A DNA stretch of 64,000 bases. It comes from Acidimicrobiia bacterium (GTDB lineage: Bacteria; Actinomycetota; Acidimicrobiia; Spongiisociales; ZC4RG35). The stretch lies in contig CBDCGI010000022.1 in the NCBI GenBank assembly GCA_965216725.1, positions 64,438-128,437 on the forward strand, written 5' to 3'. The notes under the pieces are model-generated. The model was not told where the DNA came from, did no database searches, and saw only the letters and a list, made by a program, of their open reading frames with translations. A program made the position numbers and the translations under genes. The stretch's first letter is position 1. Every line of letters starts with the position of its first letter. Shown piece by piece: positions 29,522 through 38,549 of the stretch.

Positions 29522-29606
29522 CTACCTCCTCAGCGAGCACTCTACGTCGCCACCTGCGCCAGGATCCGGAAACCAGTCGACGCGATCGCGGTAGGAGGCT
29601 GAGAGC

Positions 29607-30170
29607 ATGGGCTTCACGAGCGAGCAGCTGGCGGAGTTTCGAGGGGCGACCGTTCCTGATTTGATCGGTGCTGACTGCCGGCTCCTGTTTGTGGGCATCA
29701 ACCCGGGTCTCTGGACGGCGGCGACCCAGACTCACTTTTGTCATCCTTCGAACCGCTTCTATCCAGCACTGCGCAAGGCGGGGTTGATCGACTTTGAAAT
29801 CGATACCGCCACCGGCATGACCGATCACCAGCGCGCCGCCTTCGTGGGGCTGAGGTTGGGTGTGACGAACCTAGTTGCACATGCCACAGCACGGGCTTCC
29901 GAACTTACCCGCGACCAGCTAGTCGCTGGTGCCGTCGACCTGGAGAACTTCACCTCGCGGCATCGGCCACGAGTGGTGGCCATCGCCGGGGTCACCGCTT
30001 ATCGAAAGGCCTTCGCCGAACCCAGGGCCGGGTTGGGGCTGCAGACGAATGCGATCGGCGGGAGTCGGCTCTGGGTCATCCCAAATCCAAGCGGCCTCAA
30101 TGCACACGAAACCGTGGACTCCCTGGCCAACTGGTTTGGCAAAGTCGCCTCGGACGCCGGACTGCGATGA
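29607..30170 (+). CDS. mug: G/U mismatch-specific uracil-DNA glycosylase (UDG family 2)
   Basis: LLFVGINPGL and the HPSNRF region align with E. coli Mug (VFCGINPGL..HPANRF). 187 aa. Confidence 0.85.
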   Translation: MGFTSEQLAEFRGATVPDLIGADCRLLFVGINPGLWTAATQTHFCHPSNRFYPALRKAGLIDFEIDTATGMTDHQRAAFVGLRLGVTNLVAHATARASELTRDQLVAGAVDLENFTSRHRPRVVAIAGVTAYRKAFAEPRAGLGLQTNAIGGSRLWVIPNPSGLNAHETVDSLANWFGKVASDAGLR

Positions 30171-30427
30171 GCGAACTGCAGGAGCCCACTCCCAGGCAAG
30201 TCCTCTACGCGCTGGTGGCCGCCGGGTTCTTCGCTGTGGTGGCGGTGCTGGTACTGGGGGCTGCAATGGCCGGAATCAGTCCCATCTGGTGGACCTCTGT
30301 GACGGCCTTGAGCGTGGTGATGGGCGTCGGCTGGTCGATCATGAATTGGAGGCGCACCGCTGCAGTGTTGATTCTTTCCATGGGGCTGCTTCTGGTGTGG
30401 ACGGTCGGGACACTTATCGTTTCCTGA
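30167..30427 (+). CDS. small membrane protein (2-3 TM helices)
   Basis: 86 aa. The ATGA start overlaps the mug stop. Hydrophobic throughout. Confidence 0.45.
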   Translation: MSELQEPTPRQVLYALVAAGFFAVVAVLVLGAAMAGISPIWWTSVTALSVVMGVGWSIMNWRRTAAVLILSMGLLLVWTVGTLIVS

Positions 30428-30430
30428 AGG

Positions 30431-31687
30431 TCAGTTGGTCCACACCGGCGAGTCGGGGAAGAACACGTCCCAGGCGAACCAGAACTCGTTCCTGTGGGGG
30501 AGGATGGTCAACTGCGATCCGACCAACTCTCCCTCGACGGCCTTGCCGAGCAACGTCCACGTGGTTCCGGTTTCGATGTCCTTGAAGGTGGTGTCATCCA
30601 CTTTTTCGAATGTCAGCGGCCGGTCATTGACGAGCGGGGAGAAGGCGATCCCTGTGCCGACCCCGTCGCTCTGGGAGATGATCGACGCGTCCAGGGCGTC
30701 GGCGGTGTCGGATGCACCCCAGAACACGACGACCCCCATTTCTCCAATCGCATCGTTGACCGCTCCCGCCTCAGATATCTCCGCAAACGGATACGCCTTG
30801 GACCCCGATTCCAGGGTCACGCCGACCACGCGGCTCAGGGCCGGGTAGCGAGTGTCGATCTCGCCTTCGAAGAACGGAAAGGGCCTCGGTCTCGAGCTGT
30901 AGCCGGAGTAGGGATTGGCCCCGTACGGGATGCCGAAACCCTGTTCGGAAGACAAGGCGCGTCCATCCGGGTAGTTCGCAGCGAAGTCGGCCCATCGGAC
31001 GATCGACGATCCGACGATTTCGAGCTGTTCGCCGGCGTAGGTTCCGACTATGCCTTGACCTGTGATCTGCTGCCAGAGAGATTCGGTAGCGTCGTCCCAC
31101 ATCACCAGGTCCGAGTGACGGAGGAGCCCGCTTACCCCGAAACGGAGCGTCTGCCCGTCGAATCGCCGATCGAAAGCCAGGGCCGTGTTACATAGCGGGC
31201 AGTAGGTGACCGCTATCGGGACATCGCCCACCGTGTCGTTCACGATTTCGTGTCGGGTGAGCACCGCAAGCGGGTAGAACCTCGCATCGCCGTCGACTTC
31301 GAGGGCAACTCCGGGATCTTGGTCAGTCAGCCAATCGATCTCCGAGACTGCAAGGAAATCTGGGGTGTCGATCGGCCGGATCAGGTCGCGAGGGTCCAAA
31401 GCCGGGATCCCGAGCTTGATTTCATTCAGGTCAACCGAGGCCTTGGTGAAGTCGGTTCCCCAGACTTGGGCGACCCCGCTCAAGGCGTCCGGTAGCTCTT
31501 GTATCGGGAGCAGGTCATTGGCTGGAAGGGGCGGCGCGGGGTCGCCGCTGGTGGTTGTTGGGCCAATGGTCACGGTGGCCTCCGTGGCATCCTGATTCGT
31601 CCCCTCAGGCTCCGACCCACCGTCTATGCCGCAGGCGGCGACGAGCAAAGCCAATATCGCGGAGGCTGACAGAATCGCGGGGCTCAT
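30431..31687 (-). CDS. DUF3179-like secreted lipoprotein (conserved YCPLC motif)
   Basis: Start chosen at the Met giving the signal peptide MSPAILSASAILALLVAACG (lipobox). A VTYCPLCNTALAFDRR segment is present. Confidence 0.55.
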   Translation of the reverse strand: MSPAILSASAILALLVAACGIDGGSEPEGTNQDATEATVTIGPTTTSGDPAPPLPANDLLPIQELPDALSGVAQVWGTDFTKASVDLNEIKLGIPALDPRDLIRPIDTPDFLAVSEIDWLTDQDPGVALEVDGDARFYPLAVLTRHEIVNDTVGDVPIAVTYCPLCNTALAFDRRFDGQTLRFGVSGLLRHSDLVMWDDATESLWQQITGQGIVGTYAGEQLEIVGSSIVRWADFAANYPDGRALSSEQGFGIPYGANPYSGYSSRPRPFPFFEGEIDTRYPALSRVVGVTLESGSKAYPFAEISEAGAVNDAIGEMGVVVFWGASDTADALDASIISQSDGVGTGIAFSPLVNDRPLTFEKVDDTTFKDIETGTTWTLLGKAVEGELVGSQLTILPHRNEFWFAWDVFFPDSPVWTN

Positions 31688-31740
31688 GTTCTCATGTCCA
31701 ACGGCCGGCCCCGGGCTCGGGATTCCCCACGCGCGCTGGT

Positions 31741-31762
31741 GAACTGTCGCTTTCTTGACAGT
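31741..31762. promoter_or_regulatory. perfect 7-bp inverted repeat AACTGTC-n8-GACAGTT between the thioesterase stop and the DUF3179 gene start
   Basis: Seen directly. It is either a hairpin terminator for the upstream minus-strand gene or an operator for the DUF3179 gene. Confidence 0.3.
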
Positions 31763-31794
31763 TGCCAATTCTCAGCAATGGCAGAGGACCACGC

Positions 31795-32667
31795 TCACAT
31801 GACGTCGAGATACAGCGTCTGGGTGGTCCGACCCAGGAAGCGCTCCTGGTCCCAGAGTGTCCCTGACGCGATCCCACGGCCGTTGGATGCGTAGTTTGAT
31901 TCGCCATCTAGGCAGACCCACTCGCCCGCAGGCAGTCGGTTGATGTTTATCGATAGGTCGGGGTTCATGAACAGCCACTCATCGGACGTTGTGAGCCTCG
32001 ACACCCCGTTTGCGAAATCGGCGACTGCGACCAGTCGCTGGAGCGGGGTTATCTCGGTGCCTGCGACAATTGGCGATTTCAGCCTGAACCAGACCACACC
32101 GGATCCGGCAGAATGGAAGCCACCTTCGACTTCGCGTATCTCAACCGCGTCGCGATGGAACATCGGCACGCCTGGCGGGCCCACTCCCCAGGTCGAGGTC
32201 TCCGCTGGAGCAAGGCTGTCTGGAGGCGTGAGCCGCGGAGTCTGTTCGCTGGCCGCGGCCGGCATTCCCACGTCGGCGATGCGCAGCCTCTGCACGTGGG
32301 CTCGGCTCAGCTCGGCACCGTTTGAGAGCACCCTCGCCTCGATGACCTGTATCCGTTTCCCCTCTCTGATGACCCTGGTCTGAATCTCCAGCTCTACCAG
32401 GGGAACCACCCGGAAGATCTCTAGGGTGAAGCGCGAAATCTGCATCTCGGTCAGAGAAGGCACCGCATCGACATGAGCGGCGACCAGCGCCGCCAGCGCG
32501 CCTCCGTGTTGACCCTCCTCGTACCAGCCGGCGTTGGCAAGCCTGCTCGATCGGTAGATGTTGGGGTCGGCTGTCGGGTAATAGACGGGTGAGCCGGGCT
32601 CCACTCTTCGCGGGAGCCTAACGGTGGGACCATTGGACATTGCCACAACCATGGGTTGGTTTAGCAT
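31795..32667 (-). CDS. acyl-CoA thioesterase (TesB-like double hot-dog family)
   Basis: 290 aa. Two hot-dog halves with thioesterase-II-like spacing. Weak sequence-level recognition. Confidence 0.55.
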   Translation of the reverse strand: MLNQPMVVAMSNGPTVRLPRRVEPGSPVYYPTADPNIYRSSRLANAGWYEEGQHGGALAALVAAHVDAVPSLTEMQISRFTLEIFRVVPLVELEIQTRVIREGKRIQVIEARVLSNGAELSRAHVQRLRIADVGMPAAASEQTPRLTPPDSLAPAETSTWGVGPPGVPMFHRDAVEIREVEGGFHSAGSGVVWFRLKSPIVAGTEITPLQRLVAVADFANGVSRLTTSDEWLFMNPDLSININRLPAGEWVCLDGESNYASNGRGIASGTLWDQERFLGRTTQTLYLDVM

Positions 32668-33521
32668 CTTCGGCTGTGACGACAGAAGCAGCGGAGCGCG
32701 GAGAAAGCGCTACTGATGCCATAAAGCGCATTGGCGCCCCGCTGGTCATCGGATCGGTGCTCGGCTCGACCTTGGGCATCGTCATCGCCCAGTTCCTGGA
32801 CGACTTGGGAGATGGGATTCTTGCTGAGATCCTGGGCGGCGACGCTGTTCTCTACGCCAATCGAGTCGAGATCACCGGTGCCGAAGATCTCGCCTGGGCC
32901 GGTGGCTTCGCCCTCTGCCTCATCGTCGGGTTCATTGCACTCTTCTCCTATCCAACTACGCGTGATCGCGGAATAGGAAGGCTCACCTTGCTTTGGGCGA
33001 TCCTTCACATTCTTCGACAGGCCTTCACCCAGGCATTGCTACTTCCCTTGGACGACAAGTCCGATCTGGCCCTGGCATACAACTCGCTGGACGAGCCTCC
33101 ACCAGGGCTCGACGTCGTGGTCGGCGTCGGAGGAGGGCTGGGCCTGCTGCTCATCGGCCTGGCGGCGGCCGCGGCATTCCTCGCATTCACCCCGCATCGG
33201 AGGCTGATCTCAACCGGGCGGCGTCGCTTGACCTTCGTGGTTTGGCTGGCTCTGCTACCAGCGGCCATTTCCATCTTCCTGGCTGTCCCCTTCTTTGCTC
33301 CCGACGAGGGCAGTGGCGTGGTGACGTCGCTCCCCTTGACTGTGTTCATGTTCGTCGCCACTGTTGCGGCTGCTCCCGGTACGACCACGGTTGTCGGGCC
33401 GGACGAGCCGCGGGAGACAACAATGCCTTGGGGTCTGGCGGCGACCTTGGTGGTTGCTTTGGTGTTCTACGTCTTTGTTCTCCGTGGCGGCATCCAGGTC
33501 GATCCCACCCAATGGGGGTGA
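32640..33521 (+). CDS. integral membrane protein, unknown function
   Basis: Six or more hydrophobic segments. Start uncertain; it overlaps the divergent thioesterase start. The 3' end overlaps the mogA start. Confidence 0.45.
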   Translation: MPQPWVGLASSAVTTEAAERGESATDAIKRIGAPLVIGSVLGSTLGIVIAQFLDDLGDGILAEILGGDAVLYANRVEITGAEDLAWAGGFALCLIVGFIALFSYPTTRDRGIGRLTLLWAILHILRQAFTQALLLPLDDKSDLALAYNSLDEPPPGLDVVVGVGGGLGLLLIGLAAAAAFLAFTPHRRLISTGRRRLTFVVWLALLPAAISIFLAVPFFAPDEGSGVVTSLPLTVFMFVATVAAAPGTTTVVGPDEPRETTMPWGLAATLVVALVFYVFVLRGGIQVDPTQWG

Positions 33522-34000
33522 CGGCAGGCAAAGTGCTGGTGATCACCGTGAGCGACGGTGTCAGCAGGGGAACTCGGGAAGACGGTTCGGGTGACGCTCT
33601 TGCCGAGATCCTCTCACTAGCTGGGTATGAGGTGGGACGGGTCGTGGTCCCCGACGAGAAGCAGAAGATCATCGAGGCAATCAAGGAAGGCGCGGATCAT
33701 TCCGTGATCATCACCACCGGCGGGACGGGGTTCGGGCCACGCGACGTCACTCCGGAAGCGACCATGGAAGTTCTGGAGCGCGAAGCTCCCGGACTGTCTC
33801 ACCTCATCACGGCCCGAGGGCTCACCTCGACCCCGTATGCCGCCTTGTCGAGGGGAAGGGCAGGCACTTTCGGATCCAGTTTGGTGCTCAACGTCCCCGG
33901 ATCTCCCAAAGGCGCGGTCGAAGCGGTCGAGGCCGTACTTCCCCTGTTCTCACATACGCTCGATCTCCTCAGGGGCGACACCGAGCACAAATCTGGCTAG
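33512..34000 (+). CDS. mogA: molybdopterin adenylyltransferase (MogA/MoaB family)
   Basis: Start re-chosen at MGVTAGKVLVITVSD. GGTG motif (IITTGGTGFGPRD). 162 aa. Confidence 0.8.
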   Translation: MGVTAGKVLVITVSDGVSRGTREDGSGDALAEILSLAGYEVGRVVVPDEKQKIIEAIKEGADHSVIITTGGTGFGPRDVTPEATMEVLEREAPGLSHLITARGLTSTPYAALSRGRAGTFGSSLVLNVPGSPKGAVEAVEAVLPLFSHTLDLLRGDTEHKSG

Positions 34001-34053
34001 CGGGCTCGGATTCACTACCGTTCTCGTGCTTCGCTGCACCAGATGGGAGGCCT

Positions 34054-34608
34054 ATGAAGATCCAGCAGCAATTTGTCATCGACCGCAGCCCGGAAGCGGT
34101 TTGGGATTTCTTTCAGGACGTCCCCTCGGTCGCACAGTGTCTGCCCGGGGCCGAACTACTCGACCAGGGTGACGACGGTTCATACGAGGGGAAGCTGTCC
34201 GTGAAGCTGGGTCCTATGACTGCCGCGTTCGAAGGAAAGGCAACCATCGATCCCAACCCTGAGGAAAGGACCGCCACCATCACTGGCAAGGGCGTCGACA
34301 AGCAAGGCGGTTCGAGGGGCCAGGTGAAGGTTGTCTACGACATTCGCCCCGTTGAAGCCGGCTCCGAGGTCTCAGTCGACGCCGATGTGACCCTTTCCGG
34401 TCCCGTCGCACAATTCGGCCGGACCGGGCTGATCAACGAGATGTCGAAGCGGTTGATAGGAGAGTTCGTCGATTGCCTCGAAGCAAAGCTCGAGGCGGGA
34501 ACGGTCGAAGAAGCGGCAGAGATATCCGCATCCGAAGTTCGGGGGATCTCGCTGTTCTTCTCATCTCTCTGGGCTGCCATCAAGAGACTCTTCAAGAGAA
34601 GCGATTGA
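34054..34608 (+). CDS. SRPBCC-fold protein, CoxG (carbon monoxide dehydrogenase subunit G)-like
   Basis: 184 aa. The N-terminal approximately 140 aa match the CoxG/polyketide-cyclase-like fold (FVIDRSPEAVWDFFQD..). C-terminal amphipathic tail. Confidence 0.65.
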   Translation: MKIQQQFVIDRSPEAVWDFFQDVPSVAQCLPGAELLDQGDDGSYEGKLSVKLGPMTAAFEGKATIDPNPEERTATITGKGVDKQGGSRGQVKVVYDIRPVEAGSEVSVDADVTLSGPVAQFGRTGLINEMSKRLIGEFVDCLEAKLEAGTVEEAAEISASEVRGISLFFSSLWAAIKRLFKRSD

Positions 34609-34982
34609 TGAAGTCGAGATTGCTCGTGGTTGCGGTAGCGGCCTCAGCGATGCTCGTCTCTTGTGGTGGCGGTGGCGATGGCGAAGAGTCCATCGAAGGA
34701 GAGAGCGTGGTAGTCGACCTTTTCGACAACCGCTATGAGTACACCGAGATCGTGATCCCTGTCGGAGGCGCAGTCACGTGGTCTGGCGCAGGCCGCAACC
34801 CGCACAACGCGGTCGCGGCTGACGGCTCCTGGACCACAGAGGCAGTATTTGGGAGTCTCGATCAGTTCGACGGTGACGACGCGATGCTCACCTATGACAC
34901 GCCTGGCGTGTATGCGTTCTTTTGCACCTATCACGGCAACGCCGAAGGAGATGGGATGGCCGGCACGCTCACCGTCGGCTAG
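34608..34982 (+). CDS. cupredoxin (type-1 copper, plastocyanin/pseudoazurin-like) lipoprotein
   Basis: Signal peptide plus lipobox LVSCGGG. C-terminal ligand loop FFCTYHGNAEGDGMAG (Cys-x2-His-x7-Met) with an upstream His. TGATG overlap with the upstream stop. Confidence 0.7.
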   Translation: MKSRLLVVAVAASAMLVSCGGGGDGEESIEGESVVVDLFDNRYEYTEIVIPVGGAVTWSGAGRNPHNAVAADGSWTTEAVFGSLDQFDGDDAMLTYDTPGVYAFFCTYHGNAEGDGMAGTLTVG

Positions 34983-34992
34983 AGACCGTGAG

Positions 34993-36645
34993 ATGATCAG
35001 GCCGCGATTGGCGATTGCCGCCACAGGGGTGTTGGTCGGTATCGCCGCATGCGCCGGGCCGCCCACAGGGGATCCTTCGCCGGCGGCCGTCGGCGAGCAT
35101 ACGACCGAGTCGCCGCGGGAGTGGACCGGCACCACGAGGGAAGTCCCGGGCACATATCCAACGATTCAATCAGCGGTGGACGCCGCTGACTCGGGTGACA
35201 TGGTCCTGGTCGATTCCGGCGTCTACCGGGAGGCGGTAACTGTGACCACGCCGGGGATCACTCTTCGAGGAGTCGACCGGAATGAAGTGATCATCGACGG
35301 CGAGTTCAGTCGCGACAACGGTGTGGCCGTTCTGTTCGCCGACGGCGTGTCCGTGGAGAACCTGACGTCTCGTAACAACAGAATCAACGGGTTCTTCTGG
35401 ACCGGGGTCAGGGGCTTCCGGGGGTCCTACCTCACCGCGATCAACAACGGCGACTATGGCATCTACGCCTTCGACTCCAGCGACGGCCTGTTCGAATACT
35501 CCTACGCATCCGGCTCGCCGGATGCGGCGTACTACATCGGGCAATGCAATCCGTGCGAATCTGTGATCACGGACTCCGTTGGGGAGTGGAGTGGCCTCGG
35601 CTACTCAGGAACCAATGCATCGACTGAGATCTTCATCGTCAACAACGTCTTCAGATTCAACGGTGCCGGCGTTGCCCCCAATTCGCTGGACTCCGAACTG
35701 CTCCCACCCACCGAGAACGTCGTGGTGTCAGCGAACCTTATTCACGACAACGGCTACCGAGACTTCCCACACAAGACGGCCCAGTGGGCCACCCAAGGCA
35801 ACGGAGTGGTCCTGGCCGGCGTAAGGAACTCCAGCGTCACCAGGAACAGGATCGTCAATCACCCTCAGAGCGGGGTCGCGGTGATACCCAACGTCGATGA
35901 CAACGTGTACATGTCGAGTGGCAACGTCGTTGCAGGCAACGTCATCGCAGGGTCGGGGCTCGGTGATCTCACGTTGACAGGCCCGTCCGGGAGTGACAAC
36001 TGCTTCGAGGAGAATCAGTTCGATCACACGATGCCTCCTGCATTGCAACTCAAACAGCCTTGTGACGGCCCTCGGCTACCTGCTCTCTTTGAGATGGGCT
36101 CATTCTCGGGTTTCTTCGGCCGCTTCCTCGAGGCCGAGCTGGGTCTGGACTCGGATGTCTTCTACGGCGACATGCCCCATCCGCCGGATCAGACACCAAT
36201 GCCGGAAGGGGCGGACGCGCCCGTGTTTCCGGCAGTGGACGTATTTGCCGCTGCCAAGCCTGATGTCGACCTGCTCGCGGCTCCGGTGCCCGTTTCAGGT
36301 CTCGAAGACAATCAACAGAAAGGGTTCAATCTGATGGGAGTCAGTTTTGCGTCGACAATCGGCGGTCTCCTCGGCCTATACGCCTACATCCTCCCTTTGG
36401 TCCTGTATGCGGCGTGGGTGGTGATCGCGGTCTGGGAGATCATCAAACGCGACGACATGACACGAGGTGCCGGGATCGGGTGGATGCTGGCCATCCTCGT
36501 TGTGCCATTCCTCGGTGTCATCGCCTATTACATACTCGGTGGATCCAGAATCCCGGCCCCATATCGGTGGGTGCTCCTGGCTGGGGGGCTGGGGGTCTAT
36601 GCCTTGTTCCTTCTGGCCGGTCTGTTCGCAGCCGGTGTCGTCTAG
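34993..36645 (+). CDS. right-handed parallel beta-helix repeat protein (NosD/pectin-lyase-fold-like) with C-terminal PLDc_N-type membrane hairpin
   Basis: Signal peptide or lipobox (IAACAG). Repeated NNxI/VxNxxG PbH1-like turns (SRNNRINGF, VNNVFRFNG, TRNRIVNHP, AGNVIAGSG) and a CNPC motif. The last approximately 90 aa (YILPLVLYAAWVVIAVWEIIKRDDMTRGAGIGWMLAILVVPFLGVIAYYILGG) match the PLD-nuclease N-terminal two-helix membrane motif. Confidence 0.6.
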   Translation: MIRPRLAIAATGVLVGIAACAGPPTGDPSPAAVGEHTTESPREWTGTTREVPGTYPTIQSAVDAADSGDMVLVDSGVYREAVTVTTPGITLRGVDRNEVIIDGEFSRDNGVAVLFADGVSVENLTSRNNRINGFFWTGVRGFRGSYLTAINNGDYGIYAFDSSDGLFEYSYASGSPDAAYYIGQCNPCESVITDSVGEWSGLGYSGTNASTEIFIVNNVFRFNGAGVAPNSLDSELLPPTENVVVSANLIHDNGYRDFPHKTAQWATQGNGVVLAGVRNSSVTRNRIVNHPQSGVAVIPNVDDNVYMSSGNVVAGNVIAGSGLGDLTLTGPSGSDNCFEENQFDHTMPPALQLKQPCDGPRLPALFEMGSFSGFFGRFLEAELGLDSDVFYGDMPHPPDQTPMPEGADAPVFPAVDVFAAAKPDVDLLAAPVPVSGLEDNQQKGFNLMGVSFASTIGGLLGLYAYILPLVLYAAWVVIAVWEIIKRDDMTRGAGIGWMLAILVVPFLGVIAYYILGGSRIPAPYRWVLLAGGLGVYALFLLAGLFAAGVV

Positions 36646-36648
36646 GGC

Positions 36649-37671
36649 ATGAGCGATAGCGGTGTTTCTCGACGCGATCTCCTGAAGAAGGTCGGCCTCG
36701 GCGGCGCAGCATTCATCGGTGGCACGGTCGTGGGCCGCACCGTGCGTCACGCCGAGCCGGCGCTGGCCGATGAGCCCTACTCCTCCGGACTTACCGGGTC
36801 GGCGCACGGCCCAACCGGCGACTTGATCTACATGGGTCATCATTCGTCGCCCGCCGGTCTGGGCCCAGACGCTCTTGATTCGCTCACTTTCCCTCCCGCC
36901 CCCGATGGGAAGCGCCCCGGCACCAATCGGGAAATCGAGATGCGGGTGGAGGAGCGGCTCATCGAGATCGCTCACAGAGTCCATTTCGAGGCTTGGACCT
37001 ACAACGGGTCGGTGCCGGCGCCGATCATTCGAGCCACCGAAGGCGACCTCCTCCGAATCCATTTCACGAACCCCACGGCCCATGCCCACAGCCTCCACTT
37101 TCACGGCTCGCACCGCCCTGACCAAGATGGCTGGGAGCCAGTCCCTCCTGGTGGCGAGACGATCTACGAGATCGAGGCCGGGCCAGCTGGGGTCCACCCC
37201 TTCCACTGTCATACGACTCCGCTGGCAGAGCACGTCGCCCGAGGCCTGTACGGCATGCTGATTGTGGATCCCGTGGGAGGTCGTGGACCAGCACAGGAGG
37301 TTGCGCTGCTGCTCTCTGGTTTTTCGAGCGCCGATTTGGGTACCAACGGAGTTGTGGCTTGGAACGGCGTGTCCGGTTACTACCACCAGCACCCGATCAA
37401 GGTCGAGGTGGGGGAGCGGGTCCGGGCGTATGTGGTCAACATGGTGGAACACGAGCCTGTCGCTTCCATTCACCTCCACGCTCAGACGTTCGACGTGTTC
37501 CCGGCTGGCATGGGGAGTGAACCTGCCTTCCGTGAGGACACCATCACGTTGGGCCAGGGTCAGCGCGCAATGATCGAGTTCACGTTGCCGCAACTGGGCC
37601 GGTATATGTTTCATCCCCATCAGCACTGGCTGGCCGAGCGAGGTGCGATGGGGTGGTTCGCAGCCGTATAG
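36649..37671 (+). CDS. two-domain multicopper oxidase (small-laccase/NirK-like) with Tat signal
   Basis: Twin-arginine leader SRRDLLKKVGLGGAAF. Copper ligand motifs HFHGSH, HPFHCHTTPLAEHVARGLYGM (HCH...H...M) and HLHAQ. 340 aa. Confidence 0.75.
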   Translation: MSDSGVSRRDLLKKVGLGGAAFIGGTVVGRTVRHAEPALADEPYSSGLTGSAHGPTGDLIYMGHHSSPAGLGPDALDSLTFPPAPDGKRPGTNREIEMRVEERLIEIAHRVHFEAWTYNGSVPAPIIRATEGDLLRIHFTNPTAHAHSLHFHGSHRPDQDGWEPVPPGGETIYEIEAGPAGVHPFHCHTTPLAEHVARGLYGMLIVDPVGGRGPAQEVALLLSGFSSADLGTNGVVAWNGVSGYYHQHPIKVEVGERVRAYVVNMVEHEPVASIHLHAQTFDVFPAGMGSEPAFREDTITLGQGQRAMIEFTLPQLGRYMFHPHQHWLAERGAMGWFAAV

Positions 37672-37682
37672 GTTGGTCTGGG

Positions 37683-38549
37683 ATGGTCAGGTTCCGTCGT
37701 AAACCCACAGGTCCTGGTGAGGTAATCGATCGTCGTGGAGCAGGGCCGGGCGGGATGATGAAGGCCGGTCTCGGCGGGGGAGGTTTGATCGGCGTGGTCA
37801 TTCTGCTCCTCCTCGTGTTCAGCGGAGGTGGATCCGACTTGGGCGACATGCTCGATCAGTTTGATCCCGCCACTGCCAACGGGCAGCAGCATCCGATCGA
37901 CCCTGCCTCTGATCGCGACGCAGACCTTGTTGTCTTCCTGGGCGATGTCCTCGCCGATAGCCAGGCGATGTGGGCTGAGATCTTCCAATCGTCCGAGCTC
38001 AGCTATCGGCCGGCTCACCTAGTCGTCTTCGACGGTTTCACCCAATCCTCGTGTGGCGGGGCACAGGCCCAGTCGGGTCCCCACTACTGCCCGGTCGACG
38101 AGCAGGTGTACATGGACCTGGAGTTCCTCGAAGAGCTGCAGAATCGATTTGGGGCGCATGGCGACACCGCCCAGGCCTACATCCTGGCGCATGAGGTTGC
38201 CCACCACGTCCAGAATCAGCTCGAGGTGATCTCCGCGGTGGATGAGATACGGCGCACCGACCCGGGTAGCGCCAACGAGGCGAGCATCGCACTCGAATTG
38301 CAGGCCGACTGCTTTGCCGGGGTTTGGCTTTCCACCCTGCGACTCGGCACGTCGGCGGCCGTCTTGGAGGACGATGATCTGGAGGAAGCGCTCAACGCTG
38401 CTGCGGCTGTGGGCGACGACGCCATCCAGTCCCAGACCACCGGTCGGGTCAACCCTGAGAGTTGGACCCACGGCAGCTCTGAACAGCGCTACCGATGGCT
38501 GAAGACCGGCTTCGACACCGCCGACCCGTCTGCCTGTGACACCTTCTAA
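37683..38549 (+). CDS. YpfJ-family neutral zinc metallopeptidase (membrane-anchored)
   Basis: N-terminus MVRFRRKPTG..IDRRGAGPGG followed by a Gly-rich TM segment, matching the YpfJ N-terminal signature. HEVAHH HExxH motif. Confidence 0.75.
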   Translation: MVRFRRKPTGPGEVIDRRGAGPGGMMKAGLGGGGLIGVVILLLLVFSGGGSDLGDMLDQFDPATANGQQHPIDPASDRDADLVVFLGDVLADSQAMWAEIFQSSELSYRPAHLVVFDGFTQSSCGGAQAQSGPHYCPVDEQVYMDLEFLEELQNRFGAHGDTAQAYILAHEVAHHVQNQLEVISAVDEIRRTDPGSANEASIALELQADCFAGVWLSTLRLGTSAAVLEDDDLEEALNAAAAVGDDAIQSQTTGRVNPESWTHGSSEQRYRWLKTGFDTADPSACDTF

